NCBI RefSeq assembly: GCF_009914755.1
Contig: NC_060934.1
Direction: 5' to 3' (one strand)
Source: the human T2T-CHM13v2.0 reference genome, Homo sapiens
Length of the DNA: 64,000 bases
Made by a program: the position numbers and the translations under genes
Notes under the pieces: generated by a model
Told to the model about the DNA's origin: nothing
Seen by the model: the letters and a program-made list of their open reading frames with translations, nothing else
Databases searched by the model: none
Shown: one piece after another, positions 53,627 through 64,000 of the stretch
Layout: every line of letters starts with the position of its first letter
Numbering within the stretch: the first letter of the stretch is position 1

Positions 53627-53752
53627 CTTTTTTTTTTTTTTTGATACAGTGTCTTGCTCTGTCACCCCAGCTGGAGTGCAGTGGCACAATCTTGGCTCAC
53701 TGCAACCTGTGCCTCCCAGGCTCCAACAATCCTCCCACGTCAGGCTCCCGAG
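53627..53752 (-). mobile_element. Alu right-arm fragment (AluJ-like)
   Basis: Poly-T, then 'cagtgtcttgctctgtcacc...caatcctcccac'. Confidence 0.85.
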
Positions 53753-54081
53753 TAGGGCCCATCCCAGGGAGAGCTGGAGACAAGAAGGCCCTCGGCTTAG
53801 GAGCTCTGGTTGCATCCACTGTACAGGAGGTTAGGAATCCCTACCTCTTCCTGCTATGGGGCTGCTGTAAGAAGCAAATGGGAAAGTGCCTGTAGCCTGC
53901 AAGGCACCCTACAAAGGCGAGGGACCAGTCTTCCCCCACATTGTGAGTTCCACCCTCTTGAGACCCCACCTCCCACCAGGAGCTGCGGGTGCCTGGTCAG
54001 TGGCCCGTCCAGTAAGTTGGTGGCCACTCAGAGGCTTTCAGGAAGCAACACCTCCGTGCCGTGCCTCTTCATACCCGGATG

Positions 54082-54152
54082 GTGCCAAGCAAGGAGACGA
54101 TGGCTCTGGGGTCACAGTGCCAAGCAAGGAGACGACAGCCCTGGGGTCCGAC
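54082..54152. repeat. 35-bp tandem duplication
   Basis: GTGCCAAGCAAGGAGACGA...CTGGGGTC starts at 54082 and again at 54117. Confidence 0.9.
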
Positions 54153-55235
54153 ATGGGCCAGGAAAGCAAGAGAGATGTGGGTTTGTGGTCAGAGAGAAAA
54201 GGAGGCAGGTGCCATGCAGGACCATAGGGCCGTCTGTGGAGGACAGGGCTTGCCAGACGGTGTGCTCTCCCCCCGGCACTTGCTCTCCTCTGCACTTGCC
54301 ATTGGACACATGGGCCTGGCAGAGACAGGAAGGGCACTGGCTTTGACTCAGCAGAGCAGTGAGCCTGGGAGAGCCGCCTCCTCCCTCTGGCCCGACAGCA
54401 GCCCAGTGCCTATGCTCCACTCCTGCTGACCCCACAGGCTCAGTCCCCTCGACAGGAGGGTCCTCAGTGTAGTTCCAGGGGAGGGTTGGCCGCTCCCCGC
54501 CTCTCAGGAGCTCTTTCCAAGGGAAACCTGTTCTGTGGGAGCCAACCCATCTGCAGGGATTGATGTGTGTCCCCTCCAGGCCAGAGCAGGTCCAGGCATC
54601 AAGCTTAGCTGCAGGGTGCCCTGGGTGGGGCTGCGTCCTGGGAGGAGAGCATGGCTGCCCCAGAGAAGGAAGGGGGAGAAAAGGACAGGGGTGCCCTGCC
54701 CTTGCAGGCTTCTTGGAGGGGAGCCCAGAGACAGGAACCTGGGTTACCAGCAAGTCTGGCCCCGTGTCTATAGTGGAAATGAATTTGGGTCCCACAAGAG
54801 GCCACTGGTGGAAGTGAAGCCTGCAATGGCCAGGGGGACTGAGGGCAGGAAGATCCCGCTCCCAAAACCACCCTGCTGCCGTCCCACCCAGCCTCCCTCT
54901 CTGGGCCTCCCCACGCTGCATCCTCTCCTCCCAGGACCCCCTTACCGCACCCTTCTCAGGCCATCCAGATGCAAGCAGCCCCCTAAAGCAGCTCTGCCCT
55001 CCCGCGGGCCACAACTGCCCTCCTGCACCCGCAGCACTTTGCCCCAACCTCCCGGGGGGATGTCTGTGTACCTGTCGCCTCCCCTACCTGCTGGGCTGAA
55101 GTCCAGCCGCAATGCAGGGGTGTTCTCCCTGCCACCCTTGAATTGGTCGGGGCTGGTCACAGACAACACTTTGAGGGGTCAGGCGCACTGACCGAGTAAC
55201 CTCACAGTGCCCCTGGCAAAGCCACCCTTCACCCA

Positions 55236-55308
55236 AGGCCCAGCCTCGCAAGGTCCAATGCACCTGGACTGGAGGCCCAGCCTCGCAGGGTCCAATGCAC
55301 GTGGACTG
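55236..55308. repeat. 37-bp tandem duplication
   Basis: AGGCCCAGCCTCGCA(A/G)GGTCCAATGCAC(C/G)TGGACTG occurs twice. Confidence 0.92.
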
Positions 55309-55709
55309 ATCAGCAGTTGCTGGGCTCTGGGCTTAGAAGCAGGGAAAGTGCAGCAGGGCAAACCAGGGCTTCCAGGCAGGAGACCCAGTCCTGCTCCTCC
55401 TCTCGGCTCAATTTCTACATTTGCCCAGAGCTCAGTGCCAGTGGCCTGTGAAAACCTTCAGCCCTTTCTTTGGTCCTGGGATTTTCTGACTGTGCAGTGA
55501 GTGGGTTGAGGAGAAGGAATGTGCTTCCAGGTAAACATGCCCTCGGCTGACGTGGACGTGCTCACCAGACACTCATGAACAAGACTTTCCTCCCAGGCCT
55601 GCAGCCAGGCCCAGGGCAGCCGTCATGGTTAACCCCATTTCAGAGACTGGGAAGCCAAGGAATGAAAAGAAGGAGCTGCCCCTCGGAAAGGGACGCTGGA
55701 ATCAAAATA

Positions 55710-55782
55710 CAGGCCCGAGACTCACGTGGTGTTCGTCCCTCACCCGCAGGCCCCGGACTCACGTGGTGTTCGTCCCTCACCG
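55710..55782. repeat. 37-bp tandem duplication, each copy with a CACGTG E-box
   Basis: CAGGCCC..GACTCACGTGGTGTTCGTCCCTCACC occurs twice. Confidence 0.92.
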
Positions 55783-56759
55783 GCTGCCCTGGGTCCAGGC
55801 CCTTCCTCGGGCACGTTCAGCTCCTGATCGCAACCAGGGGTCGACAGCTCCTTGGGCCCCTCTTTCTCTGCCCGCGCCTGACCATTACCCAGGGTCCATC
55901 CCCACTGGACTTGGCTGTCTTTAAAACCCCACTTCGAAGAACTCTACGCCTTTTCCACAGATATGTTTTCAGGTCTTTTCTTGGATCCCCCGGCTCTTGG
56001 GTGGAGGTTTAATTGTAAAAGATACACATTTGCTGTTCTTTTCCAGCACTACATCTTCCCCAGCTGCTACATCCCACTTTCTTATGAACCCAGATGTCCT
56101 CCGCCACTCACCCCAACTCCGGTTTCACTCTTTTTGTTCTTTTCTATGACAGGCTCTGCTCCCACACCCCCTTCTTCTCAACTGGGTGACATTTAAGAAG
56201 CGTTGGCGTTTCTGCTGGCCCAGAGGCTGGGACATCCTGGACCTGGCTGGCCGTGTCTCCTCCTTCCTCCTCCCTTGGCATAAGATGCCCACAGCCCTTT
56301 CTGCACCACTGTAGCTTGCCTTCCCTCTCCTTCCCACAATGGGTTCAGTCAACCATGGCTTTCCTAGCACCGAGCTGTTTCTCCTTCCTGCTTCCTTCTT
56401 TCAGGAAGTTGCTCTTCCCTGTTCTGGAGCTTCAAGTTGGCTTCCGCCAGTTCACAAGAAGTCACTAGTTCATAACTAGTTCATGAGGGTGGGATGCTGA
56501 TGTGAAGTCCTCAAGTTCCCTAGATACAGAACAACTCTGTGCTGTATGTACCCCAGCCCTGGGGTTCATGCCACCCTCTGCGGTGGGATTTCCGAGAACC
56601 CCCTGCACCAGGGCTCAGTAAAGTCAGCTGCCACCAGCTTTATCCTTTACTCAAACATCCACTGCAGCCCGGCCACACCTCGGTGCCCAAACTGGGCAGA
56701 ACCACATCGAAGCCACCGCTGCCCCGGTTACCTGAGGAGGACAGGCGATGTGCACCTGC

Positions 56760-56950
56760 CCTTTCTATGTGCCAGGCGCTGTGCTGAGGGCTTTGATGCA
56801 TGACCTCATTCTTCCTCTCCTTTTATTCTTATTAAAATAAGAGTAAGCAGATGAAGCAATTGAGGCTTAGTGAGGTCACAAAACCAGTTCATCAAAGAGG
56901 TGGAAATGCGAATCTAGGTTTGCCTGATGCCAGAACCCAGGCTCTTATCC
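56760..56950 (+). mobile_element. MIR
   Basis: 'ctatgtgccaggcgctgtgct...cagatgaagcaattgaggcttag...tgatgccagaaccc'. Confidence 0.7.
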
Positions 56951-57284
56951 AGGGCACCATAGCGTCTGCTCATTATCTGATAGCTTCATCTTTCCTTCAT
57001 AAGCCACTGAAGACAAAACTCAGCTCCAGCAGCCCCTGACTCAACAGTGAGGCTTCCTAGGGCAGAAACCCAGCCCAGGGCCCCAGCATTGTCCCGCACC
57101 CCCAAGTGGAGAAGCACATTCACAGCTTCACCCAGTCCTGGCACGGGCAGGGGCCTGCGGAGGTGGCCGGGAGTGGGAGGAAGAGCACTGGCCGTGCCGG
57201 GAAGAGGTGGCAATTCGGGCCCGCTCTGCCTCCCACCAATTACGTTCTTTGGAAACACACTTAACTGCCTAAGTCAGTTTTAGA

Positions 57285-57574
<290 letters not shown>

Positions 57575-60500
57575 TAAAATTTTAATACAGTCATCCGGTT
57601 ACTGTACATTTCCATGAAATACACTTCTATAAAATCCTTGGAAGCAATTTCACCAAGAACTCGCTATCACCTTGATCAGTCCCTATTTATTTAAGTCTAT
57701 CATTATCTTATCTTCTGGAACATTCTGCAACAAGCTGGCTTGGCCTTCTTTCTTCCTTGATAACTCAGCCTCTCTAGGTTAAAAATCTCTTTACTTGAGC
57801 TTTGACTTCTCCCTCCTACTTTCATTTAAGTTTCTCCTTTGTGCTTTAATGTCTGTGTTCTTCATGACATGTGTGGAAATAATGATTTGATTCCTAAAGA
57901 TCAGTAGCCTTACTCTTCTCGAAGAGCTTTCTTTGCTGGTTTTCGTTTGTGTTTGTTTTGTTCTTAGCATGTCTGACTACTTTCTGGCGTCTTAAAAAGA
58001 GAGCTGCGCTTTTCCCCTTCCTCGAGCCCCACTTTTGTTACAGTGTTAACATCTTTCTAATCTGATGGGAGTTGCCTCATCCTCCCGCGGCCCCTGCCAA
58101 ATACATCAGCTTGATTCTATGACTATCTATTACTTGATTATATTACTATACACAGATGTCTTGCTTTGACACATCGCACACTCTCGTTTTCCTTGCCCAT
58201 AGTCCTCGCCGATACTGGCTCATTTTCCTTTCTTCAGCACATTCCGGGGCGTGATCACTTACAGTAAAAGCAGCGTTTAGAACTCCAGTCCTCTAAACCC
58301 ACTTGAAATATTTGGATTCACGGTCCTGTTGTGTTTGTTTCCCAAGCTAGAACATTTTCTCCTAAGATACGCCTGAGATTCCTTCCTCAGGGCATAGTTT
58401 ATACATATAGGACCCAGAGTTTTGCAACTCGGGGCAGCTGTTTTTCCCAGTGGCCGGCACCTTGAGCCCCAAACCTGATTCATTCTCCTGTCATACAGTT
58501 TCCTTTCCACCTCCTATGAAGATGGCACCAGGGTCTTCTCTCCCCAAGCCTTCTCTCTGCAAAGGGAAGGCCGCTACTGCTCACACCTCGACTTCTCAGG
58601 GAGCCAAAGCTGCTCCGTGGAGCTCTCAGTGGAGACCCGCCACGCTTCCTGCTGGGACATCTTACGGGGTGACAGAGCCCCCGCAAATGCCGATCTGCCA
58701 CGCCCCATTAGCAGAAATACCTGTTCCAGCTTCTAATCCCTCTTCTCCGAAGAACTGAGACCAGGCAGGAAGCTTTGGGGTCTGGGAAAGGACACGCGGG
58801 GTGGGAGACAGGCATCCAGCTGGGAGTGGGCGTCAGGCCCCGCCCGCCCGTCTCTCACCATCAGGGGTGTGATTGGACCAACCCCGAGCCTCCGCCTCTT
58901 TCTTCCCGCAGGGTGAGATCTCACACAGAACCTCCTCGGGCTCCACGCAGAGAGTGTCTGCGGCCTGGCAGGAAACACGGCCCGTGAACTCCTTGGCAGC
59001 GGAACTTTGCCGACACCACCCTGAGGTCCTCAGGCCAGGCGCTGCGCTGACACAAAGTGGCCTCAGTGCGCGCTAGTTTGATGAATGATAGCGAAAGGAT
59101 GGCTGAATGAATGCATGCACGAATGAGTGGAATACAAAGTTCTGCCAGCGTTTAAAGTCTTTTCCTGCCCCCACCCCACCCCCCACCGCTGGTCCATTCT
59201 GCAAAACAGAGTCCACCTTCTCTGCGGATCCGAAATGCACGTCAAATCTTATTTCCACAGATGTGGCTGCCTTCGGGTCTGTGCCGGGACGCACCTCGGT
59301 GGAATTCATACTACGGTTCCCATGGAGAGCTTCCTGCCCTGGAGCCTGCGACCCGCAGCCTCGGAGCCCCTGCTCCCCGCTCCCCTCCAAGAAGCCGTGT
59401 GTGACCTCTAGTCCGTTCTCTCCTTTCCTCTGCAGGATTCTCCGCCCTAACCATCGTTCCTTCAGGACTCCCTGGAGCCAGGAATGGCAGGAGAATCTGG
59501 GAAAAGCAAGCAGCTCCAGAGAAGCCCTTTCTCCTCCCCGTTCCTTTTGGTTTCCTCCCTTCTTGCCTCCAGTTCTCTATCGTGTCTTCTTCCTTCCTCA
59601 CCCACCAAGCTCCCCTCGCGCAGATGCTCACCCGTGGCGTGTCCTCAGCCAAACCGGGCAGAAAAAGCTCAGAGCTTCGCACACCCCGTTTCCCTCATTT
59701 CCTCCCTAATGGCCTTCTTCACTGAGTTCTCTCGGGCCACGCACCCCTCACTCCCGCCCCTTCCTCGCCGTGGGCACCTGCCACCTTTCCGAGGGCGTCC
59801 CCGCGCGGAAGCAGCAAATCCGGCCTTGCGCTGGCTGCAGTGCTCAGTCTCCGGCGAGGGCCTTTCCACCTCCTCCGTGCGCCTTTGGAGATGAGGTCGG
59901 AAGCTGTCTGTTCTCCTCATTTTACACATGCAGAAATGGATACACAGAAACACCAAAAGGTTTGGACTGAACCGTGTACCCCTCAAATTCATAGGCTCAA
60001 GTCCTGCCTCTCCATGGGATGGTATTTGCAGGGGGTGAGACGGGGTCATGAGGCGTGGGGCCCCATGGAAGTCATCTTACAAATGAAAAGCGTACCCCTA
60101 ATAACACAAAATAATAGTGACCATTTATGGAGATCTTATGACGTGAGAGGCCTGACCACTCTTTGGAGTCCTCTCGTGTCTTAATTCATGTCACTCTGGT
60201 CACCCTCTGACCTGGACGCTGCCATGGCGCCTATTGTACACATGAGGACCTGAGCCATGACAGCTGCGATTTGCATGATGCATATGAAACAGTTGAAAGC
60301 AGACGTGGGGAAAGGAAGGAGGCCGGGTGGCCTGGGCTCCTGCCCCTCACCTTCCTTTGCCCCCACGAACCTCTCGAAGGACTTCTGCAGAAACCAAGGG
60401 TTTCGAAGAGCAGAGTTTAAAACCACAGCAGTAAATAACTAAGGCAGGGTCTGAAGAAATGATGAAATGGGAGCTGCACTTTGCCGAATCCCTTTGCCTG

Positions 60501-60914
60501 CTTTAAATCTCTCATCAGGGTACTGAGCCCACGCCCTAAACCCTCCTGCCTTCTCCACACATCCCACGCTTACCCGCAGGCAACCCATTGTCACAGGGAA
60601 GCTTGAGCCACATGTGTGGGTACAAACACATGCACACACACGTGCATGCCTTCCTGTATTAAATGCTAAGGTTTTCTTCTGAAGCATAAACTTCAAAGGC
60701 TGGAATTGGGAACAGAAGCTCTTCCTGCTGCTTGGGGAACTCCTTATCCTTCAAAGAAGATCAACTTGTTCTCTGGGAGATAATTATCTTGCCCCTTTGG
60801 TTGTGGAGGCTTAAAGTAACAAACTGTCCAACTTAGCTAATCATTGAATGCATCTTGGTATAAAAAGATCTGTAGCATGTGGCTAAGCCCCTCAACGACA
60901 TCCCCCTAGTACAC

Positions 60915-61203
60915 TTTTTTTTTTTTTTCGAGACAGAGCCCCACTTGGTCACCCAGCCTGGAGTTTAGAGGCAGCATCTCGGCTGACTGCAATCTCTGTC
61001 TCCTAGATTCAAACAATTTTTCTGCCTCAGCCTCCCAAGCAGCTGGGATTACAGGCATGTGCCACCACACCTGGCTTATTTTTAGTAGAGACGGGGTTTA
61101 ACCATGTTGGCCAGGCTGGTCTTGAACTCCTGACCTCAGGTGATCTGCCCACCTCAGCCTCCCAAAGTGCTAGGATTACAGGCGTGAGCCACAGTGCCCA
61201 GCC
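60915..61203 (-). mobile_element. Alu (AluSx-like)
   Basis: Poly-T followed by Alu reverse complement ending GTGCCCAGCC. Confidence 0.93.
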
Positions 61204-63554
61204 CATATTTTCTGTCATTTTTTTCAAAACGTCAAGCATCAAGTTTGAAAGGTTCAGTGGATCATGAAGCTATCCCAGAGCGAACCCCCCATTCTTCCTC
61301 CCCATCCCCCTGCCCCCTCTCCTCCCTCTGCCTCTGTCCAGACCCTTCACTTGCACCTCTCACCACCCACCACCCCCCAGCACAGGCAGGGGCAGTGAGT
61401 GAGCTCACGGTGGGCTGTCGGGGAAAGTTCCAATCGCTGCATATTTCACAAGAAATAGCCCTTTTCCCAGGAAAGTAATAAGTCCAAGAATAGATTTTTA
61501 CTATTATTATTTGGCTGCTTTTATCATGAGACCTATTACTGGTCTGCTTTGGTTTAGGGCTGATCCTTTAATCCGGGTTTAATCCCGCTTGCTGTCAGGA
61601 ACTAAGCACAGGCCACGTTAATGCCTCTTACTCGGCCCTTTGCAAAATGCATCCATGGAGGTGCTCAGCAAGGCTCCAGAGCTGACCTCTGCAGCCGAGG
61701 CAGCCGTAGAACTCCACTGTGCTGAGAAGGCAGCTCTTGCACGGCAGGATAGCCTGGGGCTACCTGGTGCAAACTGCAAGACCTGACCAGGATGGTCTCC
61801 GTACAATCTCACTGTTTGGCTTGGGGGCCCGTGGTGCAGGTGAGGCCCCCAACCATGCAAGAGGACTGCCTCTACGTGATGGCCAGGCAAGAGGCCGCGC
61901 AGGGCCCTGCAGGCTCCGGGAGCATGCTTACATGCCAGCTTTTTACATGATGATCTATCAGATTTCAATTAAACCAATCACTGCTCTGTTCCAGAACAGT
62001 GATCTCCTCCCTGAATGTCGACTCCAGCCCTGCCCGGGACACAGCCCTGTGTGAATCTTGATGGGTCACATGAGACAGAACAAAAGTCACCCAAAGAGCT
62101 GAGCCAGGCAGCACATCTGGAGGAGGCTTTCAAGAGACAGTGGGAAAGGAAGGCCCAGGGCCCATGCTCCTGCAGAAAATCCCTCCATCTGCGGGGAAGC
62201 AGTGAGGCTGACCGAGAAAGGGTGCTTTCACCCCATGGTCAATGGGAGTTGGAGTATAGAGCAAAGCATATCAATTGTCAGGTCAATCCGGGCCTTCGGA
62301 AGCAAAAGGAAGCCGCTGTATCTGGTCAATTTCACGAGCAGGACACAGATACCATTGCGGTCCTTACACACGTTTCATCAGCATCTCCAGTAGTTCATGT
62401 TCACGTCCTCCATCTCCGTTTGGTTGCTGTTGCACATTGGAGTGTGAACTGCAAAAATCCCCAAAAATCCCAGATCGACAGCATATCTTGTGCAGGCCCT
62501 GCAAATCCAGGCACATCTGACAATTTCCAGAAGACTGGAAGGGAGCTGTGATGGAAAGTCGCTGGTAGGAAATTTTGATGCTGGGAACAAAGACCCCAAA
62601 GTCCAGTCAGGCAAACAGGCCAGATGAAAAGACGGCCCAAGACAAGAAGTAGCCAAGGAGTTTGCTCTGTGATGGGTTTGCTCTGTGATGAGTTGTGGGG
62701 GACACGGGGTGTCCTAGCAGATATTTTTAAATTCTTCCATTTGTGTGTTTCCCAGGTGATCCTACAAGTCATGCGAGGAACACCCTCCCACTAGTGGGTG
62801 AAGGTCGAGGTCCTGACGAAGTGCCGCTGGCCATACTCCAGGAGCGGAGCCACTCTTCCAGGCTTCTCCTTCCACCTCTTTCCTGACTCCCCCACATCCT
62901 CTCTCCACCTGGCTCCTCCAATCTGCCCTAGTTGGGCTGTCAGCCTAACTTTCAAATTTGGCTTTGAGCCTGGAGTGTCTTTCCGACCTCGACAGGTTCT
63001 TTACTAAGGAGAGAAGTCCTCTCTTCCCCTGAGACCTGCTGTCACTTATCACCTCGGCAGTTTCCTGGCCTCTCTCTAAGGAGCCTGCACCAGAGTCCCT
63101 GGGTGGTGGCTGTAATAGAAAGCTGGGGGTGAACACTGCGATGTACCAGAGGGCTTGCAGGAAGCTGGATGCGTGAGTCCATGCCTCCTGAGGCCTACAC
63201 AGCACAAATGGTATGGGGGCAGGTTCTCATTCTTGCAGAGACATGAACAGAAGAGAAGCCTGGTGGTCGATATCCACAGGTGCCAAGGTGTCCTGAGGCG
63301 CCGAGCCTTAGCAGCTGCTCCCAGGGGCCAGCATGGAGGTCTCCAGCCACCACCGAGCCACATGGCAAATGAGGACAGTGGGGAAGAAAGAACAGACAAC
63401 CCAGGCAAATCAAACAGGCACCTGGGCAAGGCCATGTGAGGCATAGCATGGAATTTTTTGAACCAGAACTTGAAGGAAGGATGAGGTTCCAACAATCCTT
63501 TCGCCATTGGAGGCAGAGCTGCTCTTTGATGACAACAGGATCCTCCTGTGCTCT

Positions 63555-64000
63555 GTTTACTTAGCAAATACTGATTAAAGTCGGTGAGGCAGAGGACCTG
63601 TCCTATCTAAGGAGGCTTGACAGGGAAAGAAGTCGGAAACGGCCCTGGCTCTTATGAAACTAAGATAGGAAGGAACTAAAAGAGGGGGTAAAACAGAAGT
63701 GATGGGAGGAGGCAGAGAGTTAATTAAAAGTGGCTATTCAGGGAAGCCCTCATGAGGAAATGGAATTTGACTTTCAACTGAGTGACAGGGAAGGGTGAGC
63801 ACTTCAAGGTTGGGGGCAGAGTGTCCAGGCAGACAGGGGACTCATGTGAAGTCACAAAAGTGGGAATCAGAGTAAGGGTGTTGGTCAAGGAGCAGAAAGT
63901 AGGCTGGAACATAGTCTTGAGGGGTCAGTGATGGGATCATAGTGAGGAAGGCAGGAAACAGTCGTGGATGGTGAAGAGAAGCCTTTATAGGATTTTGAGT
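63555..64000 (+). mobile_element. L2 fragment (runs off the window)
   Basis: 'agcaaatactgattaa', 'tcagggaagccctcatgagga...tttga' and 'aggctggaacatag' are L2-like. Confidence 0.5.

Noticed and set aside
54112-55191. Overlapping 311-aa and 218-aa ORFs
   Set aside because: GC-rich ORFs on opposite strands with no domain similarity, one running into a tandem duplication.
61480-64000. Possible 3' exon of an antisense lncRNA from the neighbouring CALML3 locus (- strand ATTAAA near 61567-61572)
   Set aside because: This rests only on remembered synteny and one hexamer. Exon structure cannot be supported from the sequence.

Overview
Primate genomic DNA that I recognise as human chr10p15.1 from two proteins. 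(1) The last seven coding exons and 3' UTR of NET1/ARHGEF8 (RhoA GEF, DH-PH, C-terminal PDZ ligand ETLV), + strand, 205 to about 6400. (2) The intronless four-EF-hand gene CALML5, - strand, CDS 46235-46675. Between them is a two-LTR, internally deleted HERV-H provirus (18117-24360, tRNA-His PBS) carrying an AluYd-lineage insertion. The rest holds Alu, L1, L2, MIR, MaLR, MER50 and DNA-transposon remnants, several VNTRs and many two-copy tandem duplications. Almost all other ORFs in the supplied track are chance ORFs in GC-rich or repeat DNA. I found no support for a new protein-coding system. The best leads are structural and regulatory: an inverted repeat bracketing an alternating 42-bp array with a templated 24-mer 1.35 kb away, a second templated 31-mer, complementary decay of TATA and SOX motifs between the two HERV-H LTRs, and p63, GRHL, KLF and AP-2 motifs upstream of CALML5. 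Repeat subfamily names are recognised from memory, not from a RepeatMasker run, and ancient-repeat boundaries are approximate.
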